IMG/VR virus record: IMGVR_UViG_3300006056_000034
Location: 4,078-68,077 of that record
Source: a virus
DNA: 64,000 nt
Strand: one strand, 5' to 3'
The notes under the pieces were generated by a model, which had not been told where the DNA came from, ran no database searches, and was given only the letters and a program-made list of their open reading frames with translations. This document shows, in pieces, positions 1 to 9,581 of this stretch (position 1 is the stretch's first letter; every line of letters starts with the position of its first letter). A program made the position numbers and the translations under genes.

Positions 1-708
1 TTCCTTATAGATAAACTAAAGGAAATGGGCCTATGGCTTGCTAATAGTGTTAAGTTTGTTAACCACGATCTATACATGAGTGGCGAGATAGACATCCTTA
101 TTAAAGGTCCAAATTATAATGAAGAAGCCGGCACTGGCAAATGGATAGTTGAAAATAAAACGTTCGGCTCAAACAACTATAGTATGAAGAAAGGTATCTG
201 TGGCTCAAGAGATCAACCTCCTAAGCCAAAAGACATGAATGTTCTTCAGTCCTTTATTTATCTTCTTACCTTTGAGGACCAAGTTGAGCTTGTTGTATTG
301 AACTATATAGATCGTGCATGCGGCGGACCTGAAAATAATAAAGAATTTCATATAACGCTACATCATGAAGATGACGATATATTTCCGCGTTTAGAGACTA
401 CTGATTTTTATGGTAACCCATATATCTATATAGATAGAAGAATTAGCTTTAAGTCTATTAAATCACGCTTTGAAGTCTTAATCGAGCATCTTAAAAACGA
501 AGATCTTCCATACCCAGACTTTCAACATACATACACTCCTGAACAAGTTGAGGCAAATAATACTGCTGGTCTAATAGCTAAAACTAAGTACGAAGCATAC
601 AATAGAAACCCTACCAAGAATCCTGTTGGTGATTGGAACTGTAGCAATATATATTGTAATTTTTCTGACTTATGTAAGGCACAGAAGCTAAAAGACGGCC
701 ATCTATAA
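1..708 (+). CDS. Cas4/RecB-like PD-(D/E)XK exonuclease (5' end probably outside the window)
   Basis: SGEIDILI...IVENKT...Q-x3-Y nuclease motifs and a C-terminal Cys cluster (WNCSNIYCNFSDLC). The frame is open from base 1 (FLIDKLKEM), so the ATG at 25 is probably internal. Confidence 0.7.
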   Translation, partial: FLIDKLKEMGLWLANSVKFVNHDLYMSGEIDILIKGPNYNEEAGTGKWIVENKTFGSNNYSMKKGICGSRDQPPKPKDMNVLQSFIYLLTFEDQVELVVLNYIDRACGGPENNKEFHITLHHEDDDIFPRLETTDFYGNPYIYIDRRISFKSIKSRFEVLIEHLKNEDLPYPDFQHTYTPEQVEANNTAGLIAKTKYEAYNRNPTKNPVGDWNCSNIYCNFSDLCKAQKLKDGHL

Positions 709-717
709 AAGAACCAT

Positions 718-3240
718 ATGTCATTTCATAAAGTTAAAAATTTAGAAGATCAACTTTTAAAAATAAAAATGCATCTCCCTGCCTATCTTGCTGAGCATGG
801 CATAGATGTAATGCATGGAAGAAAAATAAATTGTCTTAGTCCTCTGCATAATGATAATTCTCCATCCATGTCTATGTTTACAAATAAAGATACCGGCGTG
901 CCATTGCTCAAATGTCAAAGCTGTTCCGTTACCTATGATTTGTTTAATGTGTGTCATGTTCTTGAACATAGACCTATTATGGGGCCATCATTCATTGATG
1001 ATACTGTAATGTATCTTGCTAAAAAATATGATATAGAATTAGAGCTTGCAAAGATGTCTACTGAAGAGGTTTATGAAATGGACGTATATTCTTTGTATAA
1101 GGCTATATCTAAATATATTACTGAGCAGCCCTTCAATATTGCTCAGCTCGGCGAATTATCTCACAGAGGATGGACAGAGGCATTTGCTAGATCCATAGGT
1201 ATAGGTGTATGTAATGACATATCTGCTATGCGCGATCATCTTAAAGACCTTGGCTTTAGTTATAAGTTTATGGATGAAAATGACCTTGATCACGATAGGT
1301 TATTTAACTCTTCTACACTGGTATTCACAATCTTTGATGAACATGGAAGACCAGTAACGTTTTCTGCTAGAAATATGCTGTTTGATGGAGTCAAGGATGA
1401 TTCTGGAAGACTGCTTAGGGGCACCAAGTTCATAAACTCTAAAGTTAATGGCAAGTGTAATATTGGCAAAAAGAGTGAACTACTATACTTATTCAATATA
1501 GCCAGACATAAAGCAACTCCTGTTTATATATTTGAAGGCAATGCGGATGTTGTTACTGCGCATAGCCATGGTCTTCAGAATAGTGTTGCTATATGTGGGC
1601 TTGGCCTTAATGAAAGCCATTTAAATCTATGTAGACGAAGTAGCGTTTATGATGTTGTTATATGTCTAGATAATGATGGTGCTGGCTTAATGAAGGCAAA
1701 ACAAATTCTTGATGATGCGCTTAAGAAAGTTCATGATATCAAGATTAGATTTGTATTCTTGCCAGACAAGACCGTTTCTATAGATGGAGTCACTCAGGTT
1801 ATAAAGACTGATCCTGATGAGTTTATAAGAGAGAATGGTATTGAATCATTCATACAGTTGCCAAAAATAGATCCATTTGCTTGGCGTCTACAGCAGTATG
1901 ACATGGACCAGGATGCTGATTCTGAATCTATATGTATGTCTATGGTTCCAATTATTGCGGCGGAGCCTTCTGCGATTAAACGTGAAGGTATGTGTTCTGA
2001 ATTGGCCGACTACACATCTATATCATGTAAGGCAATTAAAGAAGAGGTTGACAAAATAGTTAATGCTGATGATTTAAAAATATCTAAAGCAAAGCAAGCT
2101 GTTGTCTCTGACCTTCTTGGTAACTTGACTTCCGAGACCATTGGTGGCATTGAAACTATATTATCTTCTGCTTTAAGTAAGCTAGAAAGCATAGATAAAG
2201 AGTTTAAGTCCAATACTCTTGATGTTCAATCTAGGCTTGCAGATATTCTTGGCATAAAACAATACCAGGAAACAGAAGAGCTTACTAATCAGATTAATCT
2301 TGGTCCAGAATTCTCAACTCTTAACTATGCACTTGATGGTGAATTAAAACAAAAGCTTTTATTACTTGGTGCTTCTGAGAATTGTGGTAAAACTTCATTG
2401 TTTGCCCAGCTTTCAACCAATATAGTTGATCTTAATCCTAACGCTATGACTGTCTGGCTAACTATTGATGATAGTAAAAAAGAGGTTTTTGGTAGGATAC
2501 TTTGCTCTGATGTAGCTAAAAGATTATTTAATACTAATCGTGACCTATTTGATTTACTTAGCATAAATAAGGTCTCTGCGCCGCATAGGTTTAAAGATTC
2601 TGTTGAATACGATGCGCTTCTTCAAGAAAGAGATATTTCTTGTAAAAAGATTCTTTCTTTGGCGTCAGCAGATAGGTATGTATTATTAGATGCAGAAGAT
2701 GGCACTAGTCTTGACTATATTGAAATGTTGCTGAAATATTATTCAGAAAAATATCCTGACAGACATCTATTTTTCTTTCTTGACAATGCCCATTTAGTCA
2801 CCGTTGCAGGCTTTGAAGAAAGCCGCATGAAGTACAAGCACCTCTCACATCAATTAAAGTCTTGCTGTGTTAAGTATAATTGTACGATTATATCTACTGT
2901 TGAATACAGAAAATTAATCACTGGTGTTAAGCCAACCAATAGTGATTTAGCTGAGAGTCAATCTCTCGCCTATGATAGTAATGCTATTATGCATATGTAT
3001 AGTGACTTACATTCTAGGAGAAACGATTCAGATCTTTACCATTGGTCTCATGATGGAATAAATCAATATCCCATACTTTCTTTATATTTTGGCAAAAATA
3101 AAATTAGCTCATATAAGGGAAATCAATGGCTTAAGGCTTGGCCAGATAAAGCATTTTTTTCCGAAATAACAGAGCAAGAATCTATTGATATTATTAAATT
3201 CAATATGCATTCAAGGCACGATGATGACGACGAAGAATGA
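718..3240 (+). CDS. Fused DNA primase-helicase (CHC2 zinc finger + TOPRIM + DnaB-like SF4 helicase)
   Basis: CLSPLH...CQSC zinc finger, IFEGNAD and CLDND TOPRIM motifs, DPDEF, Walker A ASENCGKTS, Walker B FFFLDNAH, DLAESQSLAYDS and FGKNK DnaB-type motifs. Confidence 0.92.
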   Translation: MSFHKVKNLEDQLLKIKMHLPAYLAEHGIDVMHGRKINCLSPLHNDNSPSMSMFTNKDTGVPLLKCQSCSVTYDLFNVCHVLEHRPIMGPSFIDDTVMYLAKKYDIELELAKMSTEEVYEMDVYSLYKAISKYITEQPFNIAQLGELSHRGWTEAFARSIGIGVCNDISAMRDHLKDLGFSYKFMDENDLDHDRLFNSSTLVFTIFDEHGRPVTFSARNMLFDGVKDDSGRLLRGTKFINSKVNGKCNIGKKSELLYLFNIARHKATPVYIFEGNADVVTAHSHGLQNSVAICGLGLNESHLNLCRRSSVYDVVICLDNDGAGLMKAKQILDDALKKVHDIKIRFVFLPDKTVSIDGVTQVIKTDPDEFIRENGIESFIQLPKIDPFAWRLQQYDMDQDADSESICMSMVPIIAAEPSAIKREGMCSELADYTSISCKAIKEEVDKIVNADDLKISKAKQAVVSDLLGNLTSETIGGIETILSSALSKLESIDKEFKSNTLDVQSRLADILGIKQYQETEELTNQINLGPEFSTLNYALDGELKQKLLLLGASENCGKTSLFAQLSTNIVDLNPNAMTVWLTIDDSKKEVFGRILCSDVAKRLFNTNRDLFDLLSINKVSAPHRFKDSVEYDALLQERDISCKKILSLASADRYVLLDAEDGTSLDYIEMLLKYYSEKYPDRHLFFFLDNAHLVTVAGFEESRMKYKHLSHQLKSCCVKYNCTIISTVEYRKLITGVKPTNSDLAESQSLAYDSNAIMHMYSDLHSRRNDSDLYHWSHDGINQYPILSLYFGKNKISSYKGNQWLKAWPDKAFFSEITEQESIDIIKFNMHSRHDDDDEE

Positions 3241-4015
3241 TAAGATATTATCAATAGATCTCTCTCTTGATTCTATATGTCCAATAATAACTACTTACGA
3301 GGATAGCCATAAAGTTTATCGTGATAGTATTATAGACTATGACTATCTAGATGTGCTCAATTATGCAGATTCACCTATACGTGCGTCTGCAATAATTATA
3401 AGTAATATTATTAACTCATTTATTAAAGACCCCAACATTAGCTTGGCAGACATGACAGTTATGTTTAATAATTATTATTTTAGTATGTTTGATAATCAAT
3501 CAAAAGAACATATCGCCGTATCTGCAAAGTCTTTTGTTCGGCTTTCTGCAATTTATAGTTATATTGTTGACTTGTTTAATAAATATACAGATATAGCTCC
3601 TGATATAGAATACTATACGCCAATTGGCACTATGCCAAGATACAGTTATGCTTCTCGTATAAATGCCATATTGGTATCTCCTGAAACTGTTGACTTATTG
3701 ATAATAGCTAAACAAGATTCATCTATTGCCTTAAATGCCCTTATTAATCCTAAGGTGTTGTCTGCTATAGATTACTGTTTAGAGGCTGGCATACATATCA
3801 AAAATGTAAACATATTGTCTTATTCCTTTGACTCGGTTGTTTCACCTATAGTTATCAGGAGGCATTCTGTTAGCGATTATATTCTTAAGGCCGTTAAGTC
3901 TTTTATGTCTAGTCCTATCAGGAATTCTGCTAATTTTTCTTACTGTATGCTATGCAAATACAATTCTTCTTGCACTAATATAAAACAATACTCAACTAAA
4001 ATTACAGATTTATGA
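3221..4015 (+). CDS. Hypothetical protein; possibly a degenerate PD-(D/E)XK/Cas4-like fold
   Basis: C-terminal CMLCKYNSSC cluster resembles Cas4-like proteins. The ATG at 3221 (overlapping the primase-helicase 3' end) is preferred over the TTG at 3185. Confidence 0.45.
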   Translation: MMTTKNDKILSIDLSLDSICPIITTYEDSHKVYRDSIIDYDYLDVLNYADSPIRASAIIISNIINSFIKDPNISLADMTVMFNNYYFSMFDNQSKEHIAVSAKSFVRLSAIYSYIVDLFNKYTDIAPDIEYYTPIGTMPRYSYASRINAILVSPETVDLLIIAKQDSSIALNALINPKVLSAIDYCLEAGIHIKNVNILSYSFDSVVSPIVIRRHSVSDYILKAVKSFMSSPIRNSANFSYCMLCKYNSSCTNIKQYSTKITDL

Positions 4016-4335
4016 AATTAAAATACATTAGACATGACATATCTGATAGCTCTACTCCTTTGATGATTAATGAGTATCAAATGATCATAGGTATTCTTAC
4101 TGATGAAAGCGACATGATTGTCTGCTTTGTTGATAGGAATACTTCTAGCTACTACATAGAGCGCATTAAGAATAAGTTCGCAATAGACGTATTTGTTGAT
4201 ACTAACTTAGAGGTTATTTCAGACGAGGCTTTTGCTGAGTATGATTTATTTTTTAGGTCTCATGGACTATTTTCTAGGTCAGAAAACAAAAAGAAGCTTT
4301 CTGCTGACGAGGTCATTAATGGGCTCAGACAATAG
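4012..4335 (+). CDS. Hypothetical protein
   Basis: 107-aa ORF coupled to the upstream gene by an ATGA overlap. Confidence 0.6.
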   Translation: MKLKYIRHDISDSSTPLMINEYQMIIGILTDESDMIVCFVDRNTSSYYIERIKNKFAIDVFVDTNLEVISDEAFAEYDLFFRSHGLFSRSENKKKLSADEVINGLRQ

Positions 4336-4783
4336 AGGCAGTGCTCCACAACGTTTTATATATGATGAATGCGTAAAAATATATGGCGCCTCTAATGTCC
4401 TGTGGGAGCTTGTTATTCCCGAGCTTGGCCAAAGATTCGATATCTTCCTTAAGCAATTCGGGATAGCCATTGAAATAGATGGCGAACAACATGACAGATA
4501 TGTAGATTTTTTCCACAAAGACATAAATGGCTATATGAACGGTATTCATCTAGACAAAACAAAAATGCAGTGGGCAAAAGACAATCATGTCTCTGTTATT
4601 AGGTACTCAACACTAAAGATGCCAACCATAGAACAAGTGAGAATAGATATATCTAAAGCTATAGCTTCTAGTAGCGATGATTTTTCTATGACTGTATTTG
4701 AGGCAGAGAAAAGTTCGCGTTTAGTTGAAGCATCTGACAGAAGAAAGAAATTATATAGGAGCATGAAAAATGCCAAAAAATAG
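4319..4783 (+). CDS. DUF559/Vsr-like PD-(D/E)XK endonuclease
   Basis: RFDIFLKQFGIAIEIDGEQH...DKTKMQWA...VIRY pattern. The ATG at 4319 is more plausible than the TTG at 4232. Confidence 0.75.
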   Translation: MGSDNRGSAPQRFIYDECVKIYGASNVLWELVIPELGQRFDIFLKQFGIAIEIDGEQHDRYVDFFHKDINGYMNGIHLDKTKMQWAKDNHVSVIRYSTLKMPTIEQVRIDISKAIASSSDDFSMTVFEAEKSSRLVEASDRRKKLYRSMKNAKK

Positions 4784-5891
4784 AATAGTATTTGACACTC
4801 TTTATGGTTTATCATCTACTGGCAAGAAGAAAGTATGGATGATATCTGTTATTGATAATGATACATACTCTACTATAGTTACTTCTCATGGATATGTTGG
4901 CCAAACAATCACTGTTACTGAAAAAAATATTTATAGCGGCAAGAATTGCGGTAAGAAAAATGCAACAACTCATTTTGAACAAGCAGTTTCTGAAGCTGAA
5001 AGCACATTCAATAAAAAGATTGATAAGCAATACGCCAGAGAAGACCAAGCTGTAGCAGAAGCTATACTTCCTATGCTTGCTCATGATTACCGTAAACGTT
5101 CTCATGACATTGTGTTTCCGTGCTACGTACAGCCAAAGTTAGATGGTGCAAGATGTACTTCTGCTTTTGACAATTCGATATCAAGCTTTAAGTGTACCTC
5201 TCGCGGAGGTAAAAACTTCGGCGCTGTTGGGGCCATCATAGACTCCATAAATAAATCTATTCCAGGCTCTCTTATTGTATTTGATGGAGAGCTATATTCT
5301 CATGAATTAACATTTCAGGAGATAATGTCAGCTATTAAAAACGAAGAAGAGCCAGATGCTAATATTTCCAAGATAAAATATTGGATATACGACATATGCG
5401 ATACTTCGCTTGGTTTTTCTGCCAGAACTGCGGCATTGCAAAAACTTGCACCATTATTAGACTCTAATTTGATAGTTATCGTTCCTACGTTTCTTGTAAA
5501 AAATGAAGAAGAAATGTTTGCTAAACATGCTGAATTTATCTCTCAAGGATATGAAGGCACAATGGTTCGTAATGCTAATGGCTCCTACGTGTTTAAACAT
5601 CGCTCTGCAAACCTACAAAAGGTTAAAGATTTTGTAGATAGTGAATTTGAAATAATTGGCGGAGAAGAAGGTTGCGGATTATCAGAGGGTCAGTGCACAT
5701 TTAGATGTAAGACTGCTGATGGTTTAGAGTTCGGTGTCAGATGTATAGGTGAAAATAGCGTACGTGAAGAGCAATTGACTAATCTCGATAATTATATTGG
5801 TAAGATGCTAAAGGTTAAATATCAACGACTATCTGATGATGGGCTGCCTATTTTTCCTGTTGGTATTAGCGTGAGATCTGAATATGAATAA
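4770..5891 (+). CDS. lig: ATP-dependent DNA ligase with N-terminal WGR-like domain
   Basis: QPKLDGAR (motif I), FDGELY (III), YWIYD (IIIa), YEGTMVR (IV), LQKVK (V), and an OB-domain ending PIFPVG. Confidence 0.93.
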   Translation: MPKNRIVFDTLYGLSSTGKKKVWMISVIDNDTYSTIVTSHGYVGQTITVTEKNIYSGKNCGKKNATTHFEQAVSEAESTFNKKIDKQYAREDQAVAEAILPMLAHDYRKRSHDIVFPCYVQPKLDGARCTSAFDNSISSFKCTSRGGKNFGAVGAIIDSINKSIPGSLIVFDGELYSHELTFQEIMSAIKNEEEPDANISKIKYWIYDICDTSLGFSARTAALQKLAPLLDSNLIVIVPTFLVKNEEEMFAKHAEFISQGYEGTMVRNANGSYVFKHRSANLQKVKDFVDSEFEIIGGEEGCGLSEGQCTFRCKTADGLEFGVRCIGENSVREEQLTNLDNYIGKMLKVKYQRLSDDGLPIFPVGISVRSEYE

Positions 5892-6297
5892 ATCATATAT
5901 GAATTCTGCTTTAGCCAAACTTGTCCTTGCTATGGCTATAGGTGTTGATAAAAGAAGGGCTAGAAGGTTATATCGACGTGCTCGTAAGTCTGCGAGAGAT
6001 AAAGCTGCAATTCAATTAGGGGTAAAACGTGCCCAGGTTGGTTGCTCGTCCGATATCTTTAAAAGAGTTGCTTGCGACGGTACTTATGTTGCCGACATCT
6101 CTTATTTAGATATATTGATACTATATTCCTCCCTCTCTACTCCATTCTTTCCTTTTGCTCTTGATTCGTCTGGCGCTATTGATCCTGACGACTATGCTAA
6201 AACGTTAAAGTTTGACGACACGATAAACTGGCACTTTACATCTTTAGACGGAACATATCACTACATAACTAATAATGCCTTAATTGGTAAAATATAA
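5884..6297 (+). CDS. Hypothetical protein with Arg/Lys-rich N-terminal segment
   Basis: 137-aa ORF filling the gap between ligase and nrdA; contains KRRARRLYRRARKSAR. Confidence 0.55.
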   Translation: MNKSYMNSALAKLVLAMAIGVDKRRARRLYRRARKSARDKAAIQLGVKRAQVGCSSDIFKRVACDGTYVADISYLDILILYSSLSTPFFPFALDSSGAIDPDDYAKTLKFDDTINWHFTSLDGTYHYITNNALIGKI

Positions 6298-6299
6298 AA

Positions 6300-9200
6300 T
6301 TGATTAAAAACGTAATTAAAAGAAATGGCTCTATGGAGCCGTTTCAATCTGAAAAGTTAAATCTCTGGGCTGAATGGGCCGCTGGTGCTGGAGTAGACTG
6401 GTCTTCTGTGACTATCGGCGCATATAAAAAATGTCATGATAACTGTACTACGGCCGATATTCAACAAGCCCTTATATCTGAGTGTATAGATAGGGCTACT
6501 ACTGGACATCTTAAGATGGCTGGTCGTCTTTATATCTCTGATATGTATAAGAATATATTCGGCGGCATAGATAAAATACCTACTCTTAAAAGCATGTATT
6601 ATTCCATGTCACTCAAAGGCCTTTGGGCCAATATGTCATATAGCGATGAAGAATTAGATTATTTAGGCACACTAATTGATCATAGCATTGACTTTACTTA
6701 TATATATTCTCAATTAAAGCAGCTTGTTGGCAAGTACGGCATCTCAGATAGAACTACTGGGCAGTATTTTGAAACTCCTCAGTTTACCTATATGCGTTTC
6801 TGCATGGGCTCCATGAATAAGACAAATAGAGAAGATAGGTTGAATCATATCAAAAATCTCTATTATCTTATCAGTAATAATAAAATTAATGCCCCAACTC
6901 CATATGTCCTTAATTTTGGCACTGGCCATCTTGGTCTTGCTAGTTGTGCGCTTTATACTGCTCATGATGATTTATTAAGTCTTGCTGCCGGAGATCATAT
7001 TGCCTACATGATGACTGCTGCCTCTTCTGGCCTTGGTTCTCATATAATGACGCGTAGCATCAAGGATCCTGTCCGTGGTGGAACTATCGCTCATCAAGGT
7101 AGGCTACCCTACTATAAGTCATTAGAGTCCGCTACAGGGGCAAATAGACAGAATGGAAGGGGTGGTGCTTGTAATACCTATTATTCAGTCTTAGACCCTG
7201 AAGTTTTAGACATCATAAGTCTTCGTAATCCTACTTCTATAGATGAAAAAAGGATTCCAGATTTAGACTATACCGTTTCTTATAATAGATTTTTTGCAGA
7301 AAGAGCTGCGGCAAATGAAGACTGGATGCTTATAAGCTATCTACATGCTCCTGACTTATGGGAGGCAATGTATAGTTCTGATCAAGATCTATTTGCTGTT
7401 TTATATAAAAAGTATCGTAACGACAAGAATGTACCCAAGAAGATAGTTAAGGCTAGAGATATAGCATTTAAATTTTTAAAAGAGGCCCCTCAGACAGGTC
7501 GGGCCTATACGTTTGATGCTAATGAAGCAAATACTCATACTCCTTTCTTGGACACAATATATTCTTCCAATTTGTGTGTTGCTCCTGAAACTAAGATCTT
7601 AACTAAATTTGGACATATACCTATTGTTGATTTGGTAGGTCAATACGTCGATGTATGGAATGGATTTGAATGGTCTAATGTTCTTATCATGAAGACTGGA
7701 TCTAATCAAAAGCTTATTACTGTCAATACTGATTCTGGTCATAGTATAGATTGTACTCCATATCATAAGTTTTATGTAAAAACTGAATACCATTTGCCTC
7801 CTCAAGAGAGAAGAGCTAATGAATTACTTCCTGGCGACAAGCTTATTAAATTTGAGCTTCCATGTATCTCTGGAGATGATCATTTAGATAATGCATATAT
7901 TAATGGATTCTATTCTGCTGACGGATGCTTAACGCCTAATGGTCAAAGAATCTATCTCTATGACGAAAAATTAAAGCTTAAAGATATGTTTATTGGTGGC
8001 GGCAGCTGGATAGATCAGCCAAATCATAATAGAAGCTATAAGCACTACAATAACTTAAAGCCTAAGTTTTTTGTTCCATCATTTGAATACTCTATAGCTT
8101 CTAAAATGGAATGGCTATCTGGCTATCTTGATGGCGATGGATGTATATATTCTAATGGGGTAAATCAGCAAATAACTGCCTGCTCTATAAACTATGCATT
8201 TTTATCTGATATACAAATGCTATTACAGTCTCTTGGAATTTCTTCTAAGATAACCCTTCTTCAAGATGAAGGTTTTAGGCAGCTTCCTGCCAATGACGGT
8301 ACCGGTCAAAATAAATTATTTTTATGTCAAAAATCATATAGGTTACTAATTCCTTCTAATGAGTCTCAAGATCTATTATCTTTAGGACTTAATTGTCGCA
8401 GACTTAAAATCTCTATCAATAACAATATACAGAGAAGTGCTGCCAGGTTTGTGAAGATAGAATCTGTTGTTGATAATGGCCGCTTTGATGACACTTACTG
8501 TTTTAATGAGCCATTGCGACATTATGGCGTTTTCAATGGAGTGCTTACTGGCCAGTGTACTGAAATTTTTGTCCCAACTGCTTCGTTTGAAGGTGGAGTT
8601 CAAGAGCTATATTCTGATAACTCTAATGGCGAAATAGGATTGTGTAATCTTATGGCTATTGTCCTTGGTCGCATTAAGGATGATGCAGAATATGCTATGG
8701 CAGCATACTATTGCTTACTCGTTATAGATGAAGCTATCAATACGATGAGCTATCCATTTAAGTCTCTTGAGGTAAGCGCAAAAGGAAGGATGTCTGCTGG
8801 TGTTGGACTTATGAATCTAGCCTATGATATGGCAAATAAAGGATTCTATTATAGTGCGCAGTCTGGCAAAGAATATATGCATTATGTTGCAGAGCGGCAT
8901 GCTTACTTCCTCTACGAAGCTTCTCTTAAACTCGGAATAGAAAGAGGTAATGCCCCTTGGATGCATAAGACAAAGATTCCCGAAGGATGGCTACCTATAG
9001 ATACGTATAATAAAAACGTAGATAAGATAGTTAAAGCTCCCTTAACTCGGCCATGGGAAAGTTTGCGCGCCAGGATTATAGAAAATAAGGGAACTAGGTT
9101 TTCTGTTGTTTGTGCATATATGCCTGGTGAGTCCAGCTCTATAGCTTCCAATACCACTAACTCTATATATCCAGTGCGTAAAGGCGTTGTTATTAAAACC

Positions 9201-9557
9201 AATGGCAATGATAAAAATGTATTTATAGCACCATACTGGGAAGAGTTAGGTTCTCAATATGAACTTGCTTGGGACATATCTAATCTAGATTTAATTGATA
9301 TGTACGCTATATTTCAAAAGTTTACAGATCAAGGTATTTCTGCCGATCTGTATATTTTTTGCGAAGTAAAGGATGGTAAAAGAAAGGTTAGTCTTAAGAG
9401 GCTTTTTACTGAATGGATCCATACTGTTCGCGTAGGCTTGAAGTCCAGATACTATATGAATATAGCTGGTGCCGTTATATCTTCTGACCAAGAAGATGTT
9501 CCGGTCTCTTTTGAAGATGACGAAAAAGGTTGTGCTGGTGGCGCATGTACATTGTAA
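6300..9557 (+). CDS. nrdA: Class Ia ribonucleotide reductase alpha subunit, intein-containing
   Basis: TTG start, ATP-cone VIKRNG, ETPQ, ASCAL, QNGRGGA, split SNL|CTEI active site, GLCNL, MPGESSS, DQGISAD, KSRYY and C-terminal CAGGAC. Confidence 0.95.
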   Translation: MIKNVIKRNGSMEPFQSEKLNLWAEWAAGAGVDWSSVTIGAYKKCHDNCTTADIQQALISECIDRATTGHLKMAGRLYISDMYKNIFGGIDKIPTLKSMYYSMSLKGLWANMSYSDEELDYLGTLIDHSIDFTYIYSQLKQLVGKYGISDRTTGQYFETPQFTYMRFCMGSMNKTNREDRLNHIKNLYYLISNNKINAPTPYVLNFGTGHLGLASCALYTAHDDLLSLAAGDHIAYMMTAASSGLGSHIMTRSIKDPVRGGTIAHQGRLPYYKSLESATGANRQNGRGGACNTYYSVLDPEVLDIISLRNPTSIDEKRIPDLDYTVSYNRFFAERAAANEDWMLISYLHAPDLWEAMYSSDQDLFAVLYKKYRNDKNVPKKIVKARDIAFKFLKEAPQTGRAYTFDANEANTHTPFLDTIYSSNLCVAPETKILTKFGHIPIVDLVGQYVDVWNGFEWSNVLIMKTGSNQKLITVNTDSGHSIDCTPYHKFYVKTEYHLPPQERRANELLPGDKLIKFELPCISGDDHLDNAYINGFYSADGCLTPNGQRIYLYDEKLKLKDMFIGGGSWIDQPNHNRSYKHYNNLKPKFFVPSFEYSIASKMEWLSGYLDGDGCIYSNGVNQQITACSINYAFLSDIQMLLQSLGISSKITLLQDEGFRQLPANDGTGQNKLFLCQKSYRLLIPSNESQDLLSLGLNCRRLKISINNNIQRSAARFVKIESVVDNGRFDDTYCFNEPLRHYGVFNGVLTGQCTEIFVPTASFEGGVQELYSDNSNGEIGLCNLMAIVLGRIKDDAEYAMAAYYCLLVIDEAINTMSYPFKSLEVSAKGRMSAGVGLMNLAYDMANKGFYYSAQSGKEYMHYVAERHAYFLYEASLKLGIERGNAPWMHKTKIPEGWLPIDTYNKNVDKIVKAPLTRPWESLRARIIENKGTRFSVVCAYMPGESSSIASNTTNSIYPVRKGVVIKTNGNDKNVFIAPYWEELGSQYELAWDISNLDLIDMYAIFQKFTDQGISADLYIFCEVKDGKRKVSLKRLFTEWIHTVRVGLKSRYYMNIAGAVISSDQEDVPVSFEDDEKGCAGGACTL
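7575..8555 (+). mobile_element. Intein with LAGLIDADG homing endonuclease in nrdA (327 aa, C1...GQ, +1 Cys)
   Basis: Begins CVAPETKILT after YSSNL. Block B CTPYHKF, LAGLIDADG-type motifs INGFYSADG and LSGYLDGDG, block F DTYC, ends FNGVLTGQ before CTEI. Confidence 0.93.
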
Positions 9558-9581
9558 ATAATATTACATACTGGAAAATTA

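Noticed and set aside
1..708. Cas4-like gene as part of a CRISPR-Cas system
   Set aside because: No repeat-spacer array or other cas genes were seen; stand-alone Cas4-like nucleases are common in phage replication modules.
3185..4318. Upstream TTG starts at 3185 and 4232 given in the ORF track
   Set aside because: They create long overlaps with upstream genes; the ATGs at 3221 and 4319 give short overlaps typical of this genome.
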